NCBI GenBank assembly: GCA_036172245.1
Contig: JAYWIR010000074.1
Location: 124,001-188,000, forward strand
Direction of reading: 5' to 3'
From: Raillietiella orientalis
Taxonomy: Eukaryota
DNA: 64,000 nt
Made by a program: the position numbers and the translations under genes. This document shows, piece by piece, positions 1-11,799 of this stretch; the first letter of the stretch is position 1, and the number at the start of each line of letters is the position of its first letter. A model generated the notes under the pieces. It did no database searches and was not told the origin of the DNA. It saw only the letters and a list, made by a program, of their open reading frames with translations.

Positions 1-47
1 ATTGACCGTTGAAATGTTTTTAATAAACGTCCCGGCGTATCCGGGTG
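1..47 (+). mobile_element. 3' terminus of a non-LTR retrotransposon extending upstream of the window
   Basis: AATAAA (22-27) followed by cgtcccggcgtatccgggtg, the same terminal hairpin that ends the other elements in the window. Confidence 0.8.
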
Positions 48-1518
48 GCATCGCCCCCTGCTTTTTGTTTGCCCCATCAGAGAGAGAATTAAAAAGCGGA
101 CAAAGGACCTCCTCCGTATCGCTTTTTGGGGCAACGGGAGGGCCCGAGTCCCCTTAAAGGACTTGTGCGCTCCTCGTCGGGATGGTGGTCTAGGCCTCCT
201 GACGCTGAAGCGGCTGGAACTTCAGCTCCAGTACCGATTGTCGGCACTGGTTCCAGAGTTGTGGTGCACCTGTTGGTGTCTCCGTGCACGTCTCCTTCTC
301 CAGCAAGCCACCGGCAAGACGGGACTGACGTCGTTTCTTGCACTCCGTCGCCGCGTCAACCGATGCGGACTCCAGCTACGGAGGGTGGCTGCGCTGTACC
401 GGGAAAACCCAGGATTGCTTACCTGTCGCCCTTTGAACGGTTGTGCCTGGTTGCAGGAAACCTTTCGAACGTGGGAACAGTTCGGCATGCAACGCTCCGA
501 ACAGGAACGAAGGTTCCTGTTTGGGGGTTACAGAAGTTGCACGCTCCGCGAGATCCTTTAGGATCCTAAGAAGAGGGAGTGGACAGGAAGAACCCCCCTC
601 GCTGCTGCGCTGGACTCCTTAGTGGAACATCAGGACAGCGATGCTGAGGCGAAGTGGGAGGTTACAATAAAAATCTCCGGGAAGGAGAAGAAGCAGAGAG
701 AGTGGAAGACGGGCCAGCTAACTGATGCTGCGACCCCGAGTACGCCTCCTAATGGACTTCTGAAGTGGGAAGCGCTGCTGGATGTTCCGATTGAACATCT
801 GAAGTGGCCCCTGATTCTTATGAACACTTCCATCCTCCCCCTAAAATGGCAAGAGTCGGCATTCCTGTTGCAGCACTGGGGACTCCCCTGCAACGCCCGT
901 CGACACCACTAGACCTGGGGAGCGGTGGATCCCAATTGTGTAAGGTGCGGGGAACGGGAGTCCCTCCCCCACCTCCTAGTGGATCGTGTTGCCCTTCGGC
1001 CCCTTTGGTTCCGCTTTGTCGAGGCCATGGGAATCCCCTGCGGCAACCCCAGGGACGCACTGAAAGCCCTCTTCGCTGCTGACGCCCTTCGGCCAGCGGC
1101 CTCGTTAGCAGCTTTGTGCTGCCTACGCGGGATTGTCACCGTTTGGAGCAAGGCTACGGCAGGACAACGCGATCAGGCTGCCATCCAGCCAGCCTCCCAG
1201 TTCCTGAGGAGGGCGTTCCGATGGCCCCACCTGGATCCAGGAATACAGAAGGAGCTTGCCGACATCCTGCAAAGGATGCAACGTCCCAACTAGCAACTGT
1301 GATCCCTTCCCTTACCCTGCCAACTTTTTTTTTCTTTTTTGTTTTGTATTTTGTATTTCTTCCTTCCCCTCCTGCCGTAGTGGACCGTACGGGTCTGCGA
1401 ACCGGAGACCCGGCAGGCTCCGTGTTTGTTCGTGCGTGGCTGGAGCAATGGTCCAGCCACCGCACGTCTTTGTAAAAGTTTATTTTACAATAAACCCTTC
1501 GGATAAATCCGGGTGAAA
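48..1518 (+). mobile_element. Family F: 5'-truncated, degraded L1/Tx1-like element (C-terminal third of ORF2 plus 3' UTR)
   Basis: ORF fragments 163-561, 622-912 and 925-1293 match the ORF2 C-terminus of other copies (CAPRRDGGLGLL, PLKWQESA.LL.HWGLPCN, CxxC...HLL); T-rich UTR; AATAAA 1489 plus hairpin ending 1515. Confidence 0.85.
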
Positions 1519-2585
1519 ATCGAACTCCTTGTGGAGATCGACCGCGAATGCCAACGCTCCCGGCGTTCCGTCCTGCCGTCGGGGCCTGTTCTCGCCTGCG
1601 GCAGTGACTTTTTGAGCAGCCTGGCTTTGCTGCGCCACAACTTCCTGCAGCTGCATCCATGTACGCGCGAACAGCATGTTCCCTTCCATGGATTGTCCCG
1701 GAACGGCGTACGTTTGTTCCGGGCTCACCACAGATTTCGCGATACTTCCTAACCGCGCGACCGACAGCTTCGAAAACAACTTGACGTCCGAGTTCATCAA
1801 GGTGATAGGACGCCAGCTGTTAAGTTGACACAAGTCTCCGGCTTTCGGCAAAAACCGCACCTTCGCTGAACGGAAGGAATCCGGGACATTCCCGGATTCA
1901 CTCATCAGCGTCGCGAGTTTCAGCATCAAGGGAATGAGCTCCACTGCAAAGCACTGATAAAACTCTGCAGGAAGCCCATCCTCGCCTGGCGACTTTCGTC
2001 TCTCCAGCCCAGCGATTGCGGACGAAAATTCATCCGCCGTGAAGGGCTCGTTGAGACGTTCGCGCTCCTCCTCGCCGACAACACGAGCATCATGAGACAG
2101 GAGTATCTCAGAGAGAATATCCTCCGTCGGGGAATCCGCGGACAGCAAGGAGTAGTAGCGTCTCACAATTAGGCGTACTTCGGCTGGGGCCGAACATTCC
2201 TGGCCCTTGTCGTCCAACAGGCATGCTGCTCCGGACTGCCAGACCTGGCGCTCGGCCCTCGCCTTGTACTCTGCGAGACGCCCGACATCCGCGCGTCTCG
2301 AAAACGTGCGGGCCTGCACAAAGTCTCTACTGTTGGTTACGCCCTCATCGCAACCGCGTGGAAGCCGTTGCAAGGGGAATTGGCAACCGAACTCGCGGAC
2401 AGATCTTTTGAGATCGTCCTAGTCCGCAAGTTCTTGAATGGCAAACCCTCGGAGGTATCCACGTAGATGCTTCGCAGCCTCCGGTTGGCTATGCTAATCC
2501 ACCTGCATCCTCCAGTTTTGCAACGGAGGCACCCTGCCTGGCGGAAGGATCTCAAACTCCAGCCTGTGGTGGTGAGAAAGCCTAG

Positions 2586-3233
2586 TCAACAATGTCCCTC
2601 TCCTACCCACACGCGAATGCAGTTTTCATCGAGGAAAACGCGATCGAGCGATCTTTCCATTCCAGGTTCGCTGACCACCAAGTTGGCGGGGTGCACGCAC
2701 GCGCACATCTCGATGGGCAGCGCGCGCGCCCTCGGGCGGCTCCAATCGTCGGATAGCAGGAGGACGTTGAAGTCCCCAGCGACAAGGTGCGCCACTTGGA
2801 AATCGGAGATGTTGAGCCAGTGGCTCTGCACCTCACCAAAAAAAGCTTCTCTTTCCTCGAGGTAGCGAGAGCCACTCGGTGCGTAGACGTTCGTAAAGAC
2901 GAGATCGATGGACTCGGACCACTTGATTAAAAGCTGGCGTATTTTTCCGTCGTAATCGAAACGAACACTACGCACCGCGTTCGCCATTTTTCCACTTTCG
3001 AGGAACGCGAAGCCGCATGTGTGTGCGCCGCCGCACCGCCAATGTACCGTTTTGCCTGCGCGCTCCTCGATTTCGGCTGCCTGCTCGTAAGAGATTACGT
3101 GAATCTCCTGCAGGAGCGCGAGGTCGAAGGGGCGCACGGCGTTGACTACTAATCCCCTCTTCTCGTCGTTCTGCAGTCCGTTCACGTTCCAACACGTTAC
3201 GGACAGACGACGAGAAGACGCGATTCCCCGCAT
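2586..3233 (-). pseudogene. B1 ORF2 APE-type endonuclease domain (frame broken before the RT)
   Basis: MRGIASSRRLSVTCWNVNG...LQEIH...NVYAP...GDFN...SLDR; ATG at 3233 overlaps an upstream TAA (TAATG). Confidence 0.85.
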
Positions 3234-3790
3234 TACTGCTAAGAAGGTGGCGGCTTTTTGCAAGCTTTATCCGGCGAGCAGACAGCGAGCAGCACGACTG
3301 GCTGGAGGGGACGGTCGCCACCGTCCTCTGTCGTGCTGCATGCATGTAATGCCTCCACGCCAAGCTTAACCCCGTCTGGTTTCGTGGAGACTTCGCGTTG
3401 CTTCGCGGCGAGCGTTGCCTGGCTGCCTACTTTGATCGGCGCGCACACGCTTTTGAACGAGTTGTCCTCGTCTCGGTGATCGGAACGGCATCCATTTCGG
3501 AGTCCGAGGGGTGCATGTTCGATCGGGTTTGGGTCTTCCGCGAATAAGTGATAGCTTCTGCTGGATTGACAGCTGCCCTGTTGTCTATATCCGTCACCAG
3601 AGCAACGCTTTTGGTGACGGCTGCTTTCCCGGCGCGCGTTTTCAGCGTGTTTGCGAGCAGTTGCACGAGGGACCTTTGCTGAAGTCTTGTTTACTTCATT
3701 AAGGTTCCTCAGTTTGCTTGGCGCCGTAAATGGAGATTGTGCTCCATTGCCATCTTTGAAGCCATGCGCTTCTTTGGACGGGAGCGGTTC

Positions 3791-5152
3791 CTATGGCTCC
3801 GACACGCTCGTCATGGACGCTGCCTTTGGAAGGGCTTTTAATCCCTTCGTTGGCATGGCATCCGCGACAGTCAAGAGCTTGCTCTCCGACTGCGACGGCG
3901 TGAGATTTTTCTCCGCTTTCGCGGTGTTGGATCGCGACGCGGATTTTTTTTTGCCGACTTTCGATGTCGAAACGGCACAACCCTTCTTACCCGATTTGGG
4001 CTTCTCAGCCACTACAGGAGGTGAAGGAATGGACCTGACGGTACTGGAAGTGTCCTTACCGCCGTTGTCCATTGGCGTCCCCGCCGGTTGCTCGAACTCC
4101 GAGAGAGCTGGGCGTGCTTGGGAAAAAGAGCTATTGCGCCTAGGGGGACTTAACATTGCCCCGGATTCCCCGCACCCTTTCTTTTGCGGCTCCCCTGCCG
4201 CTTGTGGGGGCGCGCAGGGCTTCGCATGCGAGGCTTCCTGCTGCTTTAGGGCGACATTCCGTTTCCCGTTTTTACGGAATTTCTGCCGTGAGGTCTCCAA
4301 ATTTTGCGCAGATTTTTTCTTTTTATCCGCGCTTTGTTTTTTCAGATGGAGCTCCGCGGCTGCCTTTTCTCGCAAAAGATCTGAGCAATTTTTCAAATAA
4401 TGCTTGGATACTTTGCAATAATCGCATTTTCCAGCGGGGCATTTATCCAAACAATCCCCCTTCTTCCCACATTGCTCGCACGTTCTTACTTTGTTCACGA
4501 ACCACAGGTGGACGACCGTGGCTTTCACCTGTGGTATGGTGGGCAGCAGACGGCGGTCCGGCATTGTAAGCCGGACTCCAGCGACTCCGCTGTGTATGGA
4601 CGGGAAGTCCTTGAGGTTGCTAGGCACCCTCCACAGCGCATGGACCGTGGCTAATTTCGGGAACGCGTTCCGAATTTCAATATGCAAGATTTCCGACTCG
4701 ATGTCGAAAATCTCCGCCACAAATGAGTCGTCCATGGCGGCCGCGAAGACCTTCTGGTGACGGATCGACAACAGGGTGCGCAGCAAGCGTTGCACAAGTG
4801 CAGCGTCTTTGCAACGTACACTGAAATAGCCCATATCCTTCATGGGCATAATAGCGAGGAGGTCCTCCTCCCGCACCCTAACACGAGTCAGTTCATCGTT
4901 CAACTGATTCCCGTCGCGCGCAGAAAGAAAACCACTCACCTTATATCGGAGAGCAGGTCTATAGCCTTGGGCTACGTATGCCCGCAACTCCGACTCGTCG
5001 ACTGGTTTCCCTTTGACGGCTGCTGTGGCAGCAACGTCAGCAAAACTCCTCTCCATTCGCGAGAATGACGGAGTGGAGGCGGCCGTCGGTTCCGCGATTG
5101 CAGATCCGGATGCTGTTCCTCCAACTTCAGTAGCTTCGGGTTGGGTCGACAT
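3791..5152 (-). pseudogene. B1 ORF1, gag-like nucleic-acid-binding protein with two zinc knuckles; premature stop at 3791
   Basis: CEQCGKKGDCLDKC and CDYCKVSKHYLKNC, then a Lys/Ser-rich tail; similarity to B2 continues past the stop. Confidence 0.8.
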
Positions 5153-5230
5153 CGTCGTCAAAATGTACGACGCCAAGATGAAGCGGATGAAAGCACGGAG
5201 ACGAGAGCGAAGAAGTACACGTTTGCACTC

Positions 5231-7079
5231 GATTGAAATCTCCCGCTATCAGGTGAGCCTTCCGCACGTTGGTGTCCGCCAGCCAGTCGCGCTTCAGGGA
5301 TTCCAGCAGCCTGGTGCGGTCGCTGTATCCCTGCTTACCGCTGGAGCCGTACACATTCGTGACGATCAGTTTGATCGATTCGGACCAGCTGAGAATCAGT
5401 TAACCGACCCGAACGTCATCATCGAAGCGCACGCCCTTCACGGTAGCGTCGATGGCCGGCTTCACGAAGAACGCGACCCCGCAGGTGTTGCGGAGGCCGC
5501 AACGCCAATGCAACCGACCACCCGCGAACGTCTCGATCTCCTTGGCGTCTGCCGCGGTGATCACTTGGATCTCCTGCAGCAGGGCCAGGTCGAGCTCACG
5601 CAGGGTGTCGGCCGTAACTCGCATGTTACCGTCGTTGCGCAGCCCGTTGACGTTCCAACAGGCGGCGCGAATACGACGGCGACTGGCGAGCCCAACTGTT
5701 ACTCCTGGGAAGATGGCGATGCGGCGTCAGCCACCTGTTGGGGCGGAACGCTAGGTGGAGGACGAGGGTCAGGCGCTGCGTGCACCTGGTCCCCCTCCTC
5801 CATGGGTAACGGCGCGTCGAGCGGGTCACCCTCAGGTGGGGTCGCGCCTTCCTGATGGCCCTCCTCCATGGGGGCGGGCTGTTCAGGCTCGGGGACTGCA
5901 GGGAGGACATCGCTCACCTGCTCACCCTCTTCCATGAAGGTGGCCGTCTCGACGGCTTCCGAGCGTGGGAGTTCCCACTCCGGGATTCCCACGCTACCGC
6001 TACCTTCCTGCTTCCCCTCCTCGCTGGTGGAGGGGAGGTGCCTCCTGACTTGCGTCCCGACATCCTGCGGGGTGCCTCCGAGGAGAAGGATGCACTTCCG
6101 GCACCCAGGTCCGACTCACCTGTGGGGGCCTTTTTCGCGGGAGCCGGCCTTCGCACGGCCTTGCGTGAGGGGTTCTCACGCTCCACCAGCGTGGCCGCGA
6201 GCTCCTCCGCCGCCTTTGCGAACGCGGCGTACTCGGTGTCGACAGGCGCGTCGCGCGGCTCACCCTCTGTTTGCACAGAGGGTTCGCCGTCGCGAACTAC
6301 GGGCGCGACGGAAACGGCGAGGGGAGGCTCGTCGCCCCGGGTGGCATCTTACGGAACGACGATACGTTCCAGTGGCACCGTGCACTCGCGTACGGTTTTC
6401 GAACGCGGCCCGGGTTTTTTTCCCTTACCGGCCGGCTTCTCTTTCTTCTCCTTAAGAGGAGATTTTCTCTCTTTTCTGGCTGCTACAAGTTGCCAGCCCT
6501 CTTCACCTTCCGCCTCTTGGGAAGGTTTATCCTCCCTCTTTTCTTTTGCAGGTTGAGGATCTGGCAGCTTCAGGCGGCCAGCGTCCGCCTTAGGTCTAGT
6601 GACATTTACTGCGCGTTTCCCCTGCGCCTTCTTCGCGGCAGGAGGAACCGGGGAGTGGCGTTTTAGGCACACACGTCGAACGTGGCCCTTCTCCTCCCAC
6701 ATGTGGGATTGGATGTTAGGTCACCTCTTGCGAAGGTGTCCTACGGTATCGCAGTAGCCGCAATATTGAGGCTTTTCCACGTACCAGAAGTCCACGCTCT
6801 CTTGCGCGACCTCCAGCTTGTGGGGAAGCCCACAGTCCTTACTCACGGTTAACCGCGCTGCAGCCTGGCCTCCGAAATGGCAATTCAAGCCTTCAAAGGT
6901 TGTTGGCTTAGGCCACAGCACGTGCACCTCGCCGAACTTCCGTAGTTCTTGTGCTACCGCAGAGCGAGTCATACGGCTCGTTATTCCAGTGAGATGGACT
7001 ACCACGGAGCGGTCCATCGTCACCGGCAAGATCTTGCGGCCGTCGACGTTCAACGGGTTGGTGATAAGAGTCTGAGCCT
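5231..7079 (-). mobile_element. Family A, inverted 5' segment (most of ORF1 plus EN up to GDFN); host of B1
   Basis: ORF pieces 6721-7076, 6349-6702, 5914-6276, 5699-5992, 5400-5624 and 5231-5354 match A copies at 10097 and 17516; ends at HLIAGDFN where B1 begins. Confidence 0.85.
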
Positions 7080-7288
7080 TTGAAGACTGGGACCTTTTTA
7101 AGGAATCGGTCCGCAAGTTCTGTGAGCAGTTCCCCCTGGATCGCCTGCCTTCCGGATTCGGCGAGGGTGCTTGCAACCATCGAGCCTATTTACAGGCTCG
7201 TAGGTACGAGAGAACCCCTAATATCCGTCGCCTGGCCGAGTACCGCGCCGGGGCCGAACGCCAAGCCTGGCAATCCGGGTCGGCCAGC

Positions 7289-9877
7289 TTGCTGGACGAC
7301 CAGGGCGGGGAATGTTCATCCCCGGCGTCGGTACGGCATCTCGTGCGGAGTTTCTATTCCTCCCTTTACGCCAGGGAGCCCCCGGATCAAGACGCCTCAC
7401 GGCGCTTGCTTCCGGATGGCGCGCCGGCAATACGGGAGGAGGAGATGGGAAGCCTCGACGAGCCTTTTACCACCGGCGAAATTCTCGCCGGTATCAAAAG
7501 GCTCAAGAGGCGTAAAGCTCCAGGGGAAGACGGCTTGCCCGCGGAGTTCTTTCAGAGCTTCGCGGAAGAGCTGGCACCCCTGCTCCTTAAGCTTATCAGG
7601 CTGATCCGAGACGAAGGCGATGTTCCCGCCTCGTTTCGGTCAGCCAGAGTGAGGCTCCTTCCGAAAGGGGGAGACCTCAGGAATTTAAAGAACTGGCGTC
7701 CGATCACGATCCTGAATACGTACGCCAAGTTGATAGCAGGGCTATGGGCTTCGCGTCTGAGGCAGGTGGCAGAATCCGTAATTAGCCCGGAGCAGAATTA
7801 TGTTGTTCCCGGGCGAAGTATGAATGCCAAACTCTTCTTCGCAAGCACATGGTTGCACCTGCAGAGAAGAGAGAAGAAAGGGATTGGGAAAGTCGGCAAC
7901 CCCACATTGGGGCCGCCAGCCGGGCTGGGAAGGGAACCCCGGGCGGGGAAGGGGGCCCTAGCGCTCGCAGTGGATCTCCACAAAACGTTCGACTGTGTAG
8001 ACCAGGAACTTCTCTTGGAGCTCCTGGGTCGCATGGGCTTTCCACCCTCCCTGATTTCCAACCTGCGCTCTTGCTGGCGGAATGCGATGATAACCGTCTC
8101 TTTCAGCGGTCAAAAGGTGTATGGCGTGCCGGTGCGGCGGGGCATAAGGCAGGGAGGTAGCCTCAGCCCCCTGCTCTTCAGCACCTACATTGAGTTGGTG
8201 CTGAGAGCGAACAGGGTGACTTTGGCTACATTGCCGAGCTCGTGCCCCGGCACGCCCGCCGTAGCAGCCTATGCCGACGACCTTCTGCTCCTGTTACCTA
8301 TGTCCATCTTGGCGAAGGCGGTCGGAGACTTCTTCGATCTGCTCAGCCGCGGGAGCGGACTGCAGGTTAACAGGGCGAAGTCGTCGGTTGTGCCAATAGG
8401 TGCGGCGTGGGCAGGGCAGCAGTACTGTGTCCGTCTGGGGATCCCCACGGCGAGGTGCTTCAAGTACCTTGGTGTGCCGTTGGGGGACTACTCCCCTGCG
8501 GAAGCGTGGTCCAGCTGCCTCCAAAAAGTCGAGACGTCGATCGGCCCGTTCCCGGAAGGCAAGTTTCACTTGCCGGAACGGGCCGCGGTTTGGAACGCCT
8601 TCGCGGCCCCCATCCTCCGCCCCTTGCTTTTTGTTTTTCCCCCCACCGTGGAATCTAAGAAGAGGAAGAAGGACCTCCTCCGTATCGCCCTTTGGGGCAA
8701 GGGGAGGCCCCGAGTCCCACTGAAGGACTTGTGCGCTCCGCGTCGGGACGGCGGTCTTGGCCTCCTGACGCTGGAGCGCGTGGAGAAGCAGCTGCGGTGG
8801 CGAACCCTCGCCTTCGACGCGAAGATGTGGAGCACCCCTTGGTGCACTTCGGCCCGCCTCCTGGCCAGCCGTGTGTCCCGGTGCGATGGACTCGCGTCTT
8901 TTCTTCTGAGCCGTGGCGGGAAGATGCGAAGATGCGGCCTTCTGCTCGGGCGCATGGCAACATTGGCCAAGGAGAACAGCTGGATGGTTTGCTGCCCCGC
9001 CAACTCCCCCGCCTGGCTGGAGGAGAATATTGGAACGTGGGCAGTAGTTAACCAGAGAAGCCACGAGACGTGGAATCGTCTCCGATGCAGCCCCTACGCC
9101 CGCTGCACACTGCGGAATCTCCTGGAGAGTCCAGCAAGATGCACGTGGGCAGAGAAGACCTGCCTAGCTACGGCGCTGCCCTTCCTAAGGAGGGCACTTC
9201 ACAGCACCCGGACGCCAAGGTGGCAAGTCTCCTGCTGCATCGAGGGACGCGAGAAGTTGATCAGCGGCTGGACAACAGGAGAACTGGCCGACGCCACGAC
9301 CCCGAGCGTCCAGCCGAGAGGATTATTAAGATGGGGCGAGCTGCTCGCCATCCCCAGGGATGAGTTGAAGTGGCCCCCGGTGATGAAGGAATCCAGGATC
9401 CTACCCCTCAAGTGGTAAGAGTCGGCGTTGCTTTTGTTGCACTGGGGTCTACCCTGCAACGCGCGCCGCTTCCACTGGACGAGGGGAGCTGTGGATCCTG
9501 CGTGTGCCAGGTGCGGGGAGCGGGAGTCGCTTCCCCACCTTATTGTGGATTGTGCTGCCCTCCGACCCCTTTGGGAACGGTTCGGGACGACCCTCGGGCT
9601 GCCTACGGGCAGCACCCCCAGAGACGTTCTTCGGCCCCTCTTCGTGAAGGACGCACTGCAGCCAGCCGCAGCCATCGCAGCCTTGTGCTGCGTCCGTGGC
9701 ATCGTGGGGGCATGGAGCGACGCCAACAACGAAGGAGTGGGTCCACAGGCGAGGGATGTCATCCCGTATGCCAAACGCTTCTTGCAAAGAGCTGCCGGAT
9801 GGCCACAACTGAAGAATATGCAGACTGACCTCGAGGGCTCCGTTCGACGAATGGGCCCTCCCCACAGCGACCAGTGA
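7289..9877 (+). pseudogene. Reverse transcriptase part of family A ORF2, one in-frame stop at 9416-9418, no attached endonuclease
   Basis: KAPGEDG, WRPITIL, VDLHKTFD, GIRQGGSLSP, YADD, KYLG, GGLG, CARCGERESLPHLIVDC. Confidence 0.9.
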
Positions 9878-10050
9878 TCCCTTCCCTGCCCTCCAACTTC
9901 TTTTTGTTTGTTTCTTTTTATTTTACTTTTTGTCTTATCCCCATCCCCCTTCGCTGTCGGGGAGTGCCACGCCGGGCTGCGTCCCGGTGTCCCGACAGGT
10001 CCTGTGTTTACGGCCGTGGTAGGCCTTGTACCACGCATGTAAAGTTTATT

Positions 10051-10077
10051 AATAAACGCCCCGGGCGTACCCGGGTG
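10051..10077 (+). terminator. Representative element 3' end: AATAAA plus GC stem-loop, no poly(A); 13 instances in the window
   Basis: Also at 22, 1489, 14233, 23140, 35461, 40371, 51133, 56761, 62378 (+) and 14611-14635, 25273-25306, 40952-40977 (-); function inferred. Confidence 0.7.
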
Positions 10078-10096
10078 ATAACGCCGAATCCCTTGG

Positions 10097-10113
10097 CGAG
10101 TGGACGTGTTTTT
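10097..10113 (+). promoter_or_regulatory. Conserved 5'-terminal motif containing (G/A)GACGTGT, candidate internal promoter element
   Basis: At the 5' tip of A (10097, 17516), B (11808; variant at 5231 minus), E (37378 minus) and C (23907; 63777 minus), while the rest of the UTRs diverge; absent from D. Confidence 0.5.
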
Positions 10114-11799
10114 CCTTCGCTCCCGAGTAAGTCGACAGGAAGCGGTTTTGTCTTGAATTGTTTGGTGTGGAACATCGTTGGTGTCCGATGGCAGCGATGC
10201 CTGAGGAGACCACGATGGAGGTAGGTGTGGGGGAGGCTTGCCCACCCCCACAGCCTACAGAATCAAGGGCGTCCGCCCCGGAATCGCCCTCGCCGCTCAA
10301 GGCGAGGAGCTGGTGCGCCATGGTGGCCGCGCCGAGCGTGGAAACCATGGCCGAGATGGCGGCCTACCGGGCAGCTGGGTACAAGCCCAGCTTGGTGTAC
10401 CAGGTAGGCCCTTTATTTGATGGAAAAACGGCACGCGCGTTTACGAAAGCGCTGCAAAACGCCTGAGTAAGAGAAAAAGATCTTGACGGTTTGTCCGTTC
10501 TCAGCGGAGGTCAGCGAGTCGAGGTGGTGTGCAAGGAGATCACCTTGGCTCAGACTCTGATCACCAGCCTGCTGAACGTCGACGACCGCAACATCCTGCC
10601 GGTGACGATGGACCGCTCCGTGGTGGTCCATCTCACTGGAATAACGAGCCGTATGAGTCGCTCTGCGGCAGCACAAGAACTACAGAAGTTCGGCGAGGTG
10701 CACGCGGTGTGGCCTAAGCCAACAATCTTTGAAGGCTTCAATAGCCATTTCGGAGGCCACGCTGCAGCGCGGTTAACCGTGAGTAAGGACTGTGGGCTTC
10801 CCCACAAGCTGGAGGTCGCTCTAGAGAGCGTGGACCTCTGGAACGTGGAAAAGCCCCGGTATTGCGGCTACTGCGATACCGTAGGACACCGCGAAAAAGG
10901 CCCCCACAGGTGAGTTGGACCTAAGGGCCGTAAGTGCATCCTCCTTCTCGAAGGCAAGGCTCAGGAAGTCGGGACCAAATTCTCAGAAACCCAGGAGGCG
11001 CCTCCCCTCCACCAGCAAGGTAAAGAGACACGAAGTTAGCGGTAGCGCGAGAATCCCGGAGGGGGACCTCCCACGCTCGGAATCCGTCGAGACGGCCACA
11101 CCCATGGAGGAGTGTGAGCAGGAAGGCGATGTCCTCCCTGGAGTCCCCGAGCCTGAAAAGCCCGCCCCCATGGAGAAGGGCCAACAGGTATGCGCGACCC
11201 TACCTGAGGGTGACCCGCTCGACGCGCCGTTACCCATGGAGGAGGGGGACCAGGTGCACGCAGCGCCTGACCCTCCTCCTCCACCTAGCGTCCCGCCCCA
11301 ACAGGTGGCGGACGCCGCATCCATATCTTCCCAGGAATAACACCTGGACTCGCCAGTCGCCGTCGGATTCCCGCCGCCTGTTGGAACGTCAACGGGCTGC
11401 GCGACGACGGTAACAGGCGAGATACGGCCGACACCCTGCGTGAGCTCGACCTGGCCCTGCTGCAGGAGATCCACGTGATCACAGCGGCAGACGCCCAGGA
11501 GATCGGAACGATCGCAGGGGGTCGGTTAAATTGACGTTGCGGCCTCCGCAACACCTGCGGGGTCGCGTTCTTCGTGAAGCCGGCCATGCACGCTGCCGTG
11601 AAGGGCGTGCGCTTCGATGACGACGGTCGGGTCGGTCTGCTGATTCTCAGCTGGTCCGATTCGATCGAATTGATCGACACGAATGTGTACGCCCCCAGCG
11701 GTAAAAAGGGATACAGCGACCGTACCTGGCGGCTGTAATCCCTGAAGCGCGAGTGGCTGGCGGACATGAACGTGCGGAAGGCTCACCTGATAGCGGGAG

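Larger units (their letters stand above)
1519..5230 (-). mobile_element. Family B copy B1: 5' end, ORF1, endonuclease and N-terminal RT; interrupted at the RT DLHKEFD motif
   Basis: 5' end cgagtgcaaacgtgt at 5231; ORF1 5152-3791; EN 3233-2586 (WNVNG, LQEIH, NVYAP, GDFN); RT fragment 2373-1519 (KSPGEDG, WRPITL, VDLHKEFD). Confidence 0.9.
7080..10081 (+). mobile_element. Family A, 3' segment (EN-RT linker, RT, C-terminal CCHC, 3' UTR)
   Basis: ORF 7289-9418 continuing 9428-9877; AATAAA 10051 plus hairpin to 10077. Confidence 0.9.

Noticed and set aside
1324..1365. T-rich tracts (also about 9900, 22980, 35280, 40215) as poly(A) tails of opposite-strand elements or intrinsic terminators
   Set aside because: They lie at a fixed position inside each element's own 3' UTR, upstream of the AATAAA-hairpin end.
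10880..10920. Internal deletion in ORF1 of the outer A copy as a spliced intron (caggtgag nearby)
   Set aside because: The caggtgag lies downstream of the junction and is also present in the undeleted copy; the loss is best explained as a simple deletion.
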